64,000 nt of DNA from an uncultured delta proteobacterium (GTDB lineage Bacteria > Myxococcota_A > UBA9160 > UBA4427): the NCBI GenBank assembly GCA_963822965.1, contig CAWGJT010000009.1, forward strand, positions 236,056-300,055, in the 5' to 3' direction. Every line of letters begins with the position of its first letter. Position 1 is the stretch's first letter. The notes under the pieces are model-generated. The model did no database searches, had not been told where the DNA came from, and saw only the letters and a list, made by a program, of their open reading frames with translations. This document shows positions 38,975 to 48,983 of this stretch, piece by piece. The translations under genes and the position numbers were made by a program.

Positions 38975-40390
38975 ATGCAGACCCGAACCCGGCGGGCGGC
39001 GGTGGCCGCGCTCGTCCTCGTCGCGCTGGCGCTCGCCGCCGCCCCGCAGCGCGCCAGGGCCGACGTATTCTGGCTCGAGCCCGACGCCAAGGCATCCAAG
39101 GAGAGCGTCCACTCCCGCTTCGCCGAGCTGGCGAAGAACGCCGCCGACAGCATCGTCAACGTCCAGACCTCGAAGACCGTCACCCACCGACAGATTCCGT
39201 TCCCGGACATCTTCCGCGGCGTTCCGGGCATGCCCTCGCCCGACGGCAGCCAGCTCGAGGAGCGCATCCCGAGCATGGGCACGGGCTTCGTCATCTCCGA
39301 GGACGGCTACATCCTGACCAACTACCACGTGATCGAGGACGTGGACGAGATCGAGGTGCTCTTCCAGAACGGCAACTCCTCCAAGGCCGAGGTCGTGGGC
39401 CAGGATCCCAAGACCGATCTCGCCCTCATCCGCGTCGACGGCGTCGAGGGGCTGAAGCCCCTGGTGCTGGGCGACTCCGACGAGATCCTGCCCGGGGACT
39501 GGGTGGTCGCCATCGGCAACCCGTTCGGCCTCAGCCACACCGTCACCGTCGGCATCGTGAGCGCCAAGGGCCGGCAGATCGGCCAGGGCCCCTACGACGA
39601 CTACATCCAGACGGACGCGGCCATCAACCCGGGCAACTCCGGGGGGCCGCTGCTGAACGTTCGCGGCGAGGTGATCGGCATCAACAGCGCGATCAACCCC
39701 CGGGCCAACACCATCGGCTTCGCCATCCCGGTGAACCTCGCCAAGTCCATCCTCACCCAGCTCCGCGACAAGGGCCACGTGGAGCGCGGCTGGCTGGGCG
39801 TGGGCATCCAACCCATCGACGACGACCTGAAGCAGGCCTTCGGACTGGCGGATCGAAACGGCGCCCTGGTCTCCCAGGTGACGCCCGACAGCCCGGCCGA
39901 CGAGGCGGGCTTCGAGCGCGGCGACGTCATCCTGCGCTTCGACGGCCAGCAGGTGACGGAGATGCGCGAGCTGCCGACCATCGTCTCGTCCACGCCCATC
40001 GGCAAGAAGGTGAAGGTCGACATCCTCCGCAAGGGCAAGGAGAAGACCCTCTCCGTGAAGATCGGAAAGCTCGAGGAGCCGCAGCAGCTCGCGCAGACCG
40101 AAGCGCCCCAGGGCATCGACGATCTGGGCTTCGAGGTGCAGGACCCCTCACCGGTGCTGATGCAGCGCTTCGGGCTGGACCGCGCGAAGGGCGCGATCGT
40201 CACCATGGTGCGCCCGGCGAGCCCGGCGGAGGAGGCGGGGCTGCGGCCCGGCGACGTCATCCTGGAGGCGGGCATGAAGAAGGTCGAGAACGCCGCCGAC
40301 CTGCGCAAACGGCTCGCCAAGGGAGACACCACGGTGCTGCTGGTGGAGCGAGGCGACTCGACGATCTTCACCACGATCCACCGGAGCTGA
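38975..40390 (+). CDS. DegP/DegQ (Do-family) serine protease with two PDZ domains
   Basis: SD GGAGG; signal peptide; TNYHV, DLAL, INPGNSGGPL; two PDZ-like repeats. Confidence 0.95.
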   Translation: MQTRTRRAAVAALVLVALALAAAPQRARADVFWLEPDAKASKESVHSRFAELAKNAADSIVNVQTSKTVTHRQIPFPDIFRGVPGMPSPDGSQLEERIPSMGTGFVISEDGYILTNYHVIEDVDEIEVLFQNGNSSKAEVVGQDPKTDLALIRVDGVEGLKPLVLGDSDEILPGDWVVAIGNPFGLSHTVTVGIVSAKGRQIGQGPYDDYIQTDAAINPGNSGGPLLNVRGEVIGINSAINPRANTIGFAIPVNLAKSILTQLRDKGHVERGWLGVGIQPIDDDLKQAFGLADRNGALVSQVTPDSPADEAGFERGDVILRFDGQQVTEMRELPTIVSSTPIGKKVKVDILRKGKEKTLSVKIGKLEEPQQLAQTEAPQGIDDLGFEVQDPSPVLMQRFGLDRAKGAIVTMVRPASPAEEAGLRPGDVILEAGMKKVENAADLRKRLAKGDTTVLLVERGDSTIFTTIHRS

Positions 40391-40510
40391 CACCGGAGCG
40401 AGGGGGGCGCTCGGCGCCCCCGGGGTCGCAACGATCGGATGCGTCCCGTCTCGGGACGCATCCGCCCCCGCTCGGGTAGAGTCCGAGGGCGCCCACTGGA
40501 GCCCCGACCG

Positions 40511-41308
40511 GTGTACGAGTCCGCCCCGTTCCCCCTGCTGGCTGCCTGGATCGTCCTCGGGCTCGTCGGCCTCAACGCGCTGTGGTCGGGCCTGGGGGTG
40601 CTGCTCGAGCGCAGCGCCTTCGGTCGCGGACATCAGGTCTGGCAGATCGGCCTCCGCCCCGGACAGGTGCGCAAGGAGATCGCGGCGAACCTGCGCTTCG
40701 ACGCGGTGGTCGGTGTCTTCACGGCCGGTCTCGTCGCCACGGGCGCGATCCGCCTGGCGGGACCCGACGCGGGCGGTGCCGGGCCGGCCCCGTTCTCGGG
40801 CTGGGTGACCTTCGGCGCCTGCTGGGTCGGCTTCGAGGTCTACTACTGGTTCCTCCACCGGGCCATGCACACACGGCCCCTCTACCGCTTCCACCGCCAT
40901 CATCACGAGTCGCGGGTGACGACTCCCTTCACGGGCGTGTCCACCAGCGCCGTCGAGGCGCTGGGCTGGGCGGTGGGCTTCGGACTCGCCCCGGTGCTGC
41001 TCTCGCTCCACGCTCCGGTGAGCGGCGTCGGCTTCGCGCTCTACTTCGTCTACAACTACTCGGGCAACATCGTCGGCCATGTGAACACCGAGCTGTTTCC
41101 CCGGACGATGCACGGCCGCCTGCAGTCCTGGCTGCTGCACCCGATCGTCTACCACGCCCTGCACCACGCACGCTTCGTCAACCACTACGGCTTCGGCAGC
41201 ACGTTCATGGACCGCCTGCTGGGAACCGAGTGGGAGGACTGGCCGGCCCTGCACGAGCAGGTGGCCGCCGGCCATCCCCTCACGAGCCTCACGCAGCGGG
41301 GCGCGTGA
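40511..41308 (+). CDS. sterol desaturase/fatty acid hydroxylase family protein
   Basis: His boxes HRAMH, HRHHH, HALHH; TM segments. Confidence 0.85.
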   Translation: MYESAPFPLLAAWIVLGLVGLNALWSGLGVLLERSAFGRGHQVWQIGLRPGQVRKEIAANLRFDAVVGVFTAGLVATGAIRLAGPDAGGAGPAPFSGWVTFGACWVGFEVYYWFLHRAMHTRPLYRFHRHHHESRVTTPFTGVSTSAVEALGWAVGFGLAPVLLSLHAPVSGVGFALYFVYNYSGNIVGHVNTELFPRTMHGRLQSWLLHPIVYHALHHARFVNHYGFGSTFMDRLLGTEWEDWPALHEQVAAGHPLTSLTQRGA

Positions 41309-41766
41309 GTCGGGTCCGGACGATCTACTACGACCACGCCCGGGACGCGGCCCTGCAGCCGGCGTTTCCCCGGGGCGAGGCGGGCCCCGTGACGATCGCC
41401 GCCGACGGGGAGTGGACGGCAGAGACCCGGGTGTGGATCGGGCCCAACTCCCACTGTGCGCTGGTCCACCACGGCGTGGGCGCCGCGCTCGCCGCGCTGC
41501 GAGGAGCCCAGGGGCGGCTGGGAGGAGGAAGCGACCTGCTGCTGCCCCCGTCCGCCGCGGAGTCGGTGGCCCGCCTCTTCTACGAGGCCGACCGCCGGAC
41601 CTACGGAGCGAGCTACGACTTCCTGGTCCTCACCCGGCAGGCGCCCGAGCCCATCCACTACCGCGTGGCGATCGACAACCGGGAGTACCAGAAGACCCTC
41701 TCCCAGCTCCAGTACCTGGCGACGACGGCGGCTCGCTACGGACACGGGCTCCGGATCCGGCTGTGA
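41305..41766 (+). CDS. hypothetical protein
   Basis: GTGA overlap with the desaturase; codon-biased 153-aa ORF. Confidence 0.7.
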   Translation: MSRVRTIYYDHARDAALQPAFPRGEAGPVTIAADGEWTAETRVWIGPNSHCALVHHGVGAALAALRGAQGRLGGGSDLLLPPSAAESVARLFYEADRRTYGASYDFLVLTRQAPEPIHYRVAIDNREYQKTLSQLQYLATTAARYGHGLRIRL

Positions 41767-42031
41767 GCCGGGGCGCGGATCAGGAGCGGGTGGCGCCGCT
41801 CGGCTTCGCCCCGAGCAGGATCTCCCGCGCCTTCTCGTCCATGCGTCCCGGCTTGCCGAGCTCGCGTCCCACCTCGTAGCCGCGGCGCAACCCGGGACGC
41901 TGCTTCAAAGCGTCGTACCAACGCCCCCGTCGAAGCGGCGTCCTGGCAAGGCGCGCCCGCCGCGCACGGTACCTCCCCCGACGCGCCGCGGTAGAATGGA
42001 TGGACCCCCGGAGCCCACCCAAGGAGCCCCC

Positions 42032-42496
42032 ATGATCCTCGGCGTCCACCACCCCGCGCTGTCCGTCCCGAGCCTCGAGGCCGCGCTCGACTTCTACTGC
42101 GGGAAGCTCGGCTTCGAGCCCGTCATGAACGCCGAGATCCCCTCCGGAATCCCGCCCCTCGACGAGGCCTTCGGGGTGCCGGACGCGGGCTGCAAGGTCG
42201 CCATGATCAAGCGGGGCAACTCGTGCATCGAGCTCTTCGAGTTCCAGGCGCCGGACACGCCCCGGGGCGATCCGCAGCGCCCGGTGAACCAGCACGGCAT
42301 CACCCACATCTGCCTGGCGGCGGACGACTACGAGAAGGACTACGCGTTCCTCGCAGAGGCGGGCGTCGTCTTCAACACCGGGCCCCAGGGAGAGAGCCCG
42401 GCGCGCTGGGCCTACGGGCGCGATCCCTTCGGCAACGTGATCGAGCTGCTCGAGCACGACCCGTCGAGCCCGACGTCCCTTCGCTTCGAGGGCTGA
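42032..42496 (+). CDS. VOC/glyoxalase family protein
   Basis: HHPALSV, FYCGKLGF, IELFEF, RDPFGNVIEL. Confidence 0.9.
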   Translation: MILGVHHPALSVPSLEAALDFYCGKLGFEPVMNAEIPSGIPPLDEAFGVPDAGCKVAMIKRGNSCIELFEFQAPDTPRGDPQRPVNQHGITHICLAADDYEKDYAFLAEAGVVFNTGPQGESPARWAYGRDPFGNVIELLEHDPSSPTSLRFEG

Positions 42497-42506
42497 GCAT
42501 CGCCGC

Positions 42507-42875
42507 ATGCCTCGCAAGCCCAACCCGCTTCCCCGACTGCGACGCATCTGTCTGGCCCTGCCCGAGGCGACGGAGAAGGAGGCCTGGGGCGAGCCCACGT
42601 TCCGCGTGCGCAGCAAGATGTTCGGCATGTACGCCAAGAACCACCACGGCGACGGCCGCATCGCCCTGTGGTTCAACGCGCCGGACGGCGTGCAGCAGAC
42701 CCTGGTGGACAACGACCCGAAGCGCTTCTTCGTGCCGCCCTACATGGGCCCGCGCGGCTGGGTGGGCGTCCGCCTCGACCGGGACGTCGACTGGAGCCTG
42801 GTGGCGGCGCTCGTCGAAGAGGCGTACCGCATGGTGGCGCCGAAGAAGCTCCTGAAGGAGCTCGACGCCGGGTAG
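42507..42875 (+). CDS. MmcQ/YjbR-family protein
   Basis: CLALPEA..WGEPTFRV..FFVPPYMGPRGWVG..AYRMVAPKKL. Confidence 0.9.
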   Translation: MPRKPNPLPRLRRICLALPEATEKEAWGEPTFRVRSKMFGMYAKNHHGDGRIALWFNAPDGVQQTLVDNDPKRFFVPPYMGPRGWVGVRLDRDVDWSLVAALVEEAYRMVAPKKLLKELDAG

Positions 42876-42933
42876 GAGCGCGACCCCCGACGAGGTCCCG
42901 GGTCGCGGGCTCCCTCTGCCAGCGCTTCGCGCC

Positions 42934-43821
42934 TCAGTCGCTGCGGCGGCTCTCGGCGCGCAGCCGCGCCTGCACCTGCTCCAGGTCGCCGATCTCGCCG
43001 AAGCCCGAACGGGTGCGCGAGAGCTCGGGGCGGACGGCTTCGATGGGGTCGCGCGTGTCGTCGATGTAGCCCAGCGCGTAGGCGCCCTGCGCGTAGCCCA
43101 TCAGCCGCAGGAGCGACTCGGGCAGGCCCCGGGCCACGTCGTGGGGCACCGACAGGTACTGGTTCTCTTCCTGACGCAGCCACGCCACCGCGTAGGTGAT
43201 GTTGATGCCGATGCGCGTGTCGTCGCTGCGGTTCGCGCCGCCCCCGTGGTAGAGGCCGCCGGTGTAGAGCAGCACCGATCCCTTCTCCATCTCGGCGGGC
43301 TCCGTGTCGGACTCCTTGAGCTGCAGGCGGTCCGCGAGCCGATGGCTGCCGGGAATGACGCGCGTCGCCCCGTTGCGCTCGGTGAAGTCGGTCATCGCCC
43401 AGATCGTGTTGCACTGCACCTGGTAGGTGTCGGGGAAGGGGAAGAAGTCGAAGGCCCACTGGTCGCGGTGGATCGCCTGGGCGGTCTCCCCGGGACCGAT
43501 GGCGATGGTCTGGGTGAGGTGGAGCTGGAAGTTCGTGGCGTGGGCGAGGGTCCGGCCGACGGCGCCGAGCACCACCGGATCCTCGACCAGCTCGCGCACC
43601 GTGAGCGAGCGTGCGATCAGGCCGCCCACGCGCTGGGTGTGGCGCCCCGTGAACTCGTCCTGGCCCGAGCGCACGCTCTCGAACCAGGGCGCGAGCTCGG
43701 CGCGGGCGGCGTCCATCGTCTCCGGCGGCACCACGCGATCGACCACGCAGCAGGCGTCGCGGTCGAGGATCTCGGCGATCTTCTCGGGCGGGGTGGACGG
43801 ACTCACGTGCTCGACGGGCAT
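42934..43821 (-). CDS. phytanoyl-CoA dioxygenase (PhyH) family 2OG-Fe(II) enzyme
   Basis: HRD, DFTERNGATRVIPGSH, HGGGAN, LRQEENQY. Confidence 0.9.
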   Translation of the reverse strand: MPVEHVSPSTPPEKIAEILDRDACCVVDRVVPPETMDAARAELAPWFESVRSGQDEFTGRHTQRVGGLIARSLTVRELVEDPVVLGAVGRTLAHATNFQLHLTQTIAIGPGETAQAIHRDQWAFDFFPFPDTYQVQCNTIWAMTDFTERNGATRVIPGSHRLADRLQLKESDTEPAEMEKGSVLLYTGGLYHGGGANRSDDTRIGINITYAVAWLRQEENQYLSVPHDVARGLPESLLRLMGYAQGAYALGYIDDTRDPIEAVRPELSRTRSGFGEIGDLEQVQARLRAESRRSD

Positions 43822-43922
43822 CTTCGGCGGCTCCCGGTGGTCTGAACCCCGATCATGGCAGGATTCCGCCGCCGACGCGAGCGGCGGCCGAGGCTACCCT
43901 GTCCCTCCCAACGGAGGCCCGC

Positions 43923-45050
43923 ATGCTCTCGAAGTTCGACGACTATCCGATCCACCAGACCGCCGAGCCCGTCGCCCAGCCCGCCAGCAGCGACCGCAAC
44001 GTCTACGACCGCTACTGGTTCAACGGCTATCAGGACGACGGCGCCTTCTACTTCGGCATCGGCGCGGCCATCTACCCCAACCTCGGCATCCAGGACTGCG
44101 GGCTCAGCATCGTGCGCGACGGCGAGCAGCACGCGTTCCACGCGTCTCGTCGTGCCCCCAAGGAGCCCAGCGAGACCGTGGTCGGCCCGTTCGCGATCGA
44201 GGTCGTGGAGCCCATGCGAAGGCTGCGGGTGACCCTGGAGGAGAACGAGACCGGCATCTCGGCCGACCTGCTCTTCACGGCCCGCACCGCGGCCGTCGAA
44301 GAGGGACGCCAGACCGCGCGCAGCGGTCGCAGCCTGACGATGGACGTGACCCGCTTCGCGCAGTTCGGACGCTGGCAGGGCGAGATCCGCTACGACGGCC
44401 ACACGGTCCCCATCGACGCCGAGCGGGTCCCCGGCACGAAGGACCGCTCCTGGGGCATCCGTCCGGTGGGCATCCCCGACCCCGGCAAGGCGCCGGCCGA
44501 GCGCGTCGGCGCGCAGATCTTCTTCCTGTGGGCCCCCATCCACTGGCGCGATCGCTGCACGCACTTCGGCGTCTTCGAAGACGGAGACGCACACATGTGG
44601 CACAGCGACGGGGCGCTGGTCCCCGTGTACGAGACGCCGGAGAGCATTCCCGGCACCGAAGACCCGGGCATCGTGCGCGCCGCCACGGTCGAGCACACCA
44701 TCGAGTACATCCCCGGTACGCGCCGCGCCGGTCACGCCGCCATCGCCCTCGTGGAGACGAACGGCAAGCGCACCGAGATCGACCTGGAGCCCCTGCTCTG
44801 CTTCCGCATGAAGGGCATCGGCTACATGCATCCCGAATGGGGCCACGGCATGTGGAAGGGCGAGCTGGCGATGGCCGGCGAGTCGTGGCGTTGCGATGAC
44901 CTGGAGCCGATGGCCTTCGAGAACCAGCACATCCAGCAGGTGGTCCGGGCCACCTGCGAAGGCGAGCAGGGGGTGGGCGTGCTCGAGCAGATCTGCTTCG
45001 GACCGCACGCCCGCTACGGCTTCCGGGAGCTGCTCGACCCCGCGAAGTGA
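43923..45050 (+). CDS. hypothetical protein (beta-rich)
   Basis: SD GGAGG; DDYPIHQ..DRNVYDRYWFNG, KDRSWGIRPVG, GIGYMHPEWGHG. Confidence 0.8.
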   Translation: MLSKFDDYPIHQTAEPVAQPASSDRNVYDRYWFNGYQDDGAFYFGIGAAIYPNLGIQDCGLSIVRDGEQHAFHASRRAPKEPSETVVGPFAIEVVEPMRRLRVTLEENETGISADLLFTARTAAVEEGRQTARSGRSLTMDVTRFAQFGRWQGEIRYDGHTVPIDAERVPGTKDRSWGIRPVGIPDPGKAPAERVGAQIFFLWAPIHWRDRCTHFGVFEDGDAHMWHSDGALVPVYETPESIPGTEDPGIVRAATVEHTIEYIPGTRRAGHAAIALVETNGKRTEIDLEPLLCFRMKGIGYMHPEWGHGMWKGELAMAGESWRCDDLEPMAFENQHIQQVVRATCEGEQGVGVLEQICFGPHARYGFRELLDPAK

Positions 45051-45101
45051 GGCTCCCGGGTCGGGCCCGCCCCGCCGGGTGCGCGATGCTACGTTCTCCG
45101 C

Positions 45102-45977
45102 ATGAACGATCCGTCCTACATGGAGCGCACCCGGGCCTGGTACGAGGCCCAGGGCTACGAGCGTCCCTACCACTGGTCCCACTTCGAAGACGTCCCGTTC
45201 GCGCACCTTCCCAAGCCCCTGTCCGACTGTCGGGTGGCGCTCGTGACCACGGGCACTCCCATCGGGGAGGACGGCCGTCCGGTCCTGCCGAAGCGGGTCT
45301 ACCGGCACCCCGTGGAGAGCCCGCCCGAGCGGCTCTACAGCGACGACCTCGGCTGGGACAAGGAAGCGACCCACATGGACGACCGGGCCAGCTACCTGCC
45401 CCTGGAAGCCCTCGAGGAGCTGGTGGGCGCGGGCTGGATCGGCGCCCTCACCCCGCACTTCCACGGCATCCCCACGGAGTACAGCCAGCGACGCACGATC
45501 GAGATCGACGCCCCGACCCTGCTGGAGAACCTGCGGGAGGACGAGGCCGACGCCGCGCTGCTGGTCCCCATCTGACCGGTATGCCACCAGACCGTGGGTC
45601 TGGCCGCACGCCATCTGGAAGCGAACGGGATCCCGACGGTGATCCTCGGCTCGGCGCAGGACATCGTCGAGCACTGCGGCGTTCCGCGCTTCCTGTTCAC
45701 CGACTTTCCCCTCGGCAACCCGTGCGGCAAGCCGTGGGAGCCCGCCATGCAGCTGGCCATCGTCGCCCAGGCCCTCGACCTGCTGGCGGTGGCCGAGGGT
45801 CCGCGCACCACGGTGCAGAGCCCCTTCCGCTGGGCCGAGGGCGAGGCCGACGCTCTCTGGCGCCGTCGCTACCTCGAGATCACCGACGAGAGGCGCGAGC
45901 AGCTGCGACGGGCCGGCGAGCAGCGACGCGCCAGCCAGCAACGGGCCCGCGAGACGGGCGAGGCGCGCCAGGACTGA
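45102..45977 (+). CDS. glycine/sarcosine/betaine/D-proline reductase selenoprotein B-family protein (Sec at codon 158, UxxC)
   Basis: ORFs 45102-45575 and 45594-45977 share one frame, separated only by TGA in DAALLVPI-U-PVCHQTVGLAARHLEANGIPTV; KPLSDCRVALVTT and FPLGNPCG motifs; hairpin downstream. Confidence 0.85.
45587..45603 (+). other. putative bacterial SECIS element
   Basis: Perfect stem CCAGACC-GTG-GGTCTGG starting 11 nt after the in-frame TGA (45573-45575). Confidence 0.75.
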
Positions 45978-46005
45978 CGCGGACGCGTGTTGCCGGCCGG
46001 CGCGC

Positions 46006-47265
46006 TCAGTCCTCCGGGTCCGGGTCGCACTCGCGCGCGGCCGCCCGGTAGATGCCCTTCGCCATCAGGCTCGTCTCGGCCTTCGCCCGGGTTCGGTACA
46101 CCGCCGCCCGCACGCCGCAGATGTGATCGTCGCCGGGCTCCGCGAGCCAGGCGAGCTCCGCTAGCTCGCAGGCCAGGGCGAGATCGCCGTCCTCGCAGCA
46201 CTCCTCGGCCCGGTCGGCCAGATGCCGCGCGCCGCCCGCCGCCACCGCCAGGGCGCGGGCCAGATCCGCATCCCGCGAGGGCTTCAGGTGGGCCGGGTTG
46301 CCGTCGTACCAGCCTCCGTAGAGCCGCCACAGGTTGTGCACGATGAACAGGGGATCGTCGTAGATCGGACGCAGGTAGGGTCGCTCGAGCAGCGCCTCGG
46401 GAAGCTTCACGCCGAACAGGACGTCGTTGAGCTTGGCGCCCTCGTTCATGAGGGCGAGGGTCTGCTCGCAGAGGGTCTCGAGAAGCTCCGCGGACTCCGT
46501 GAGCGCGCGCATCACCCGCTCTGCCCCCAGGATGGGCGGGCCGTGGCCCGGGAAGAGCGACTCGGGGGCGAGCTCCGCCATCTTGCGGAGGCCCGCCGCC
46601 CACTCGCGCGGATAGCGCTGCACCTTCTGGGGATTGCCGCAGTTGGGCGCGGCCCAGATGAAGAGGTCGCCCGCGTAGATCGCCTTGCGCTCGGGCAGCC
46701 AGGCCCAGATCGCGTCGTCGGTCTCGCCCCGGTCGTGGTGCAGCTCGATCTCCACGCCGCCGACCTCGAGCCGATGATGCGCCCCCACGGTCTCGTCGGG
46801 GTAGCGATACCGCTTCGGGAAGACCGGCTTCGGGAACCCGAACTGGCGGGCGTTGATGTGACCGTTGTAGCCGTTCGTCAGCTGGTAGCGGTCGAAGCGG
46901 GCGGGACAGGCATCGTGGGCGACGATGCGGACGGCCGGGAGCCCCTTCTCCTCGGCCTCGGCGTGGAAGCGCTCCAGGCCGAAGACGTGGTCCACGTGTC
47001 CGTGGGTGTAGATCCCCGTGTGGACCCGCGCGTCGGTCCAGGCGCGCACCCCTTCGTAGAGCGCGTTCGCGTGGAAGAGGCTCGACGTGTCGACGAAGAC
47101 GAGCCCGTCGGCGCTCTTCAGGACGAGCGCGTTCGAGAACGCGGACATGAACGCCATGTCGTCGTCGAGCACCTCGAGGGCGACGAGAACGCGTCCCGGG
47201 TGCACGTTCGCGTCACCCAGATCGCCGTTCCAGGCGCGCTCGGCCAGCTCCAGCACCTCGCCCAT
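46006..47265 (-). CDS. metallo-beta-lactamase-fold alkyl-sulfatase-like protein
   Basis: THGHVDH, GETDD, PNCGNPQKVQR, PGHG, YGGWYDGNPAHL. Confidence 0.9.
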   Translation of the reverse strand: MGEVLELAERAWNGDLGDANVHPGRVLVALEVLDDDMAFMSAFSNALVLKSADGLVFVDTSSLFHANALYEGVRAWTDARVHTGIYTHGHVDHVFGLERFHAEAEEKGLPAVRIVAHDACPARFDRYQLTNGYNGHINARQFGFPKPVFPKRYRYPDETVGAHHRLEVGGVEIELHHDRGETDDAIWAWLPERKAIYAGDLFIWAAPNCGNPQKVQRYPREWAAGLRKMAELAPESLFPGHGPPILGAERVMRALTESAELLETLCEQTLALMNEGAKLNDVLFGVKLPEALLERPYLRPIYDDPLFIVHNLWRLYGGWYDGNPAHLKPSRDADLARALAVAAGGARHLADRAEECCEDGDLALACELAELAWLAEPGDDHICGVRAAVYRTRAKAETSLMAKGIYRAAARECDPDPED

Positions 47266-47759
47266 GGACCTCGCTCCTCGTGGGGGAAGCGGGAATTCTA
47301 GCCCCAATGCGTCATTCAGCGCGCAGCGGGAGCAAGGGCGAACGGATCGAGGAGCTCGGGGCTCGGGGATCAGCGGGTTGGGGGGAAATGAGCGGTCGGA
47401 TGCGGCCGACCGCTCACTCCCAAGCCCGTCCCTCGCGGTCCGTGCGGCGCGCCCGTCTCCACCGGCTGGTCCACCGGGTGAACGCGTCTGCGATGCGAGA
47501 CGCGAGGCTCCGGCGCGGGGTCTCTAGAACCCAGGGCTCGTCCAGCATCTCGGGCGTTCGCGATCGGCGCAGCTGCACTGCGACATTATTCCAGGTAAAA
47601 GCCGGGTAGGGCAATACCCAATTGACGGTGGGTGTGGATTCCGCTCGGGCTGGAACGGCTCACTTCCGTCGGATCCGGTCGCATCGGGCAGTCCCGGGCG
47701 GGTCAAGCCCCGCCTCCCGAGCTCCGATCAAACCCGGGATCGGATCAGGGAGGCGGCAG

Positions 47760-48515
47760 ATGGAGCTGGTGGCGGCGTTCGGAGGCGGGGCGTTCATCCT
47801 GACCAGCCTGGTGCTCGGGCTTCGGCTCGTGTGGATAGCCCGCAGGACCCGGGGCCTGCCGGAGTTCGTCCTGGGGTTCGGGCTCTTCCTGATGGGCGGT
47901 CTCGGCTATCCGCTGATGGCGGTGGCCCAGCAGGCCACCGGGATGGACATGCGTGTTCGCGTCGGGATGCTCGTCACCCAGATGCTCTGCACCACCATCG
48001 GCATGACCGGGGTCACCCTCTTCACCCGCCGGGTCTTCCGCCCCGGGGAGACCTGGGCGGCCTGGACGACTCCCGGCTGTCTGCTCGCCTACCTCGCCAT
48101 GATGATCGGTCAGGGCGCGGGTCCGGGCTTCGCTGCGGCGCTCCAGGGCGCCGACGCCATCTGGTTTCGCAGCAGCTACATCGGCATCGCCGTCATGGTC
48201 TGGACCGGTGCCGAGTCGCTCCGGTACCACCTCATGCTGCGGCGCCGCCAGGCGCTCGGGCTCGCCGAGCCGGCGGTGGTGGATCGCTTCCGCCTGTGGT
48301 CGATCTCCATGTTCGCGGCGTCGTCGATCAGCCTGCTGGGAATCGTTCTGCGCGAGCTCTTCGGCGTCTCGGTCAACGGTACCACCGCGGGCAACCTGCT
48401 CGTCGGGCCCCTGGGCCTGGTGATTGCAATCGCCCTGTGGCTCGCCTTCCTGCCGCCTGCCTTCTACCTGCGTCGTGTCGAACGAGTGGCCGCCGCGCGG
48501 AGCGCGACCGCCTGA
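47760..48515 (+). CDS. integral membrane protein (about 7 TM)
   Basis: SD GGAGG; RRTRGLPE motif; ends WLAFLPPAFY. Confidence 0.8.
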   Translation: MELVAAFGGGAFILTSLVLGLRLVWIARRTRGLPEFVLGFGLFLMGGLGYPLMAVAQQATGMDMRVRVGMLVTQMLCTTIGMTGVTLFTRRVFRPGETWAAWTTPGCLLAYLAMMIGQGAGPGFAAALQGADAIWFRSSYIGIAVMVWTGAESLRYHLMLRRRQALGLAEPAVVDRFRLWSISMFAASSISLLGIVLRELFGVSVNGTTAGNLLVGPLGLVIAIALWLAFLPPAFYLRRVERVAAARSATA

Positions 48516-48522
48516 GGCCGGC

Positions 48523-48825
48523 TCACAGCACGACCTCGTAGCCCTCGAACACGGGATGCCCCGCGATGACGCCATGGGACGAGCGCGCACCCGAATGCCC
48601 CTTGCGGAAGGCCTCGGACTTCGTCCAGGCCTCGAAGGCGGCGTGCGACTCCCAGCGGGAGTGTGAGACGTAGCAGGTGATACCGTCGGCCGTCGCACCC
48701 CGAAGCAGGTGGAACTCCCGGAAGCCCGGCACCTCGTCCAGGTGGCTCTCGCGTCCCTTCCACACCTGCTCGAACTCGTCCTCCCGTCCTTCCGTGACCC
48801 GAAAGCGATTCATCGCGATGTACAT
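48523..48825 (-). CDS. antibiotic biosynthesis monooxygenase family (heme-degrading-like)
   Basis: MYIAMNRFRV..FE.VW..R.SHL..VPGF..WTKSEAFRKGH. Confidence 0.85.
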   Translation of the reverse strand: MYIAMNRFRVTEGREDEFEQVWKGRESHLDEVPGFREFHLLRGATADGITCYVSHSRWESHAAFEAWTKSEAFRKGHSGARSSHGVIAGHPVFEGYEVVL

Positions 48826-48983
48826 ATTTTCTCCCGTCGCCTGTCCAAGACCAGGCCGCAAGCATCGCAGGCTCTCGGCCGGCGGCCAGCCCCCTGGGAG
48901 ACCCCCTGCGTTCAGACGAGCGGCCCGGCTGCCGATGCAGAGGACGGAGGAAGCGCCCAAGGGCCCTGCCTCGAGGAACGCCG

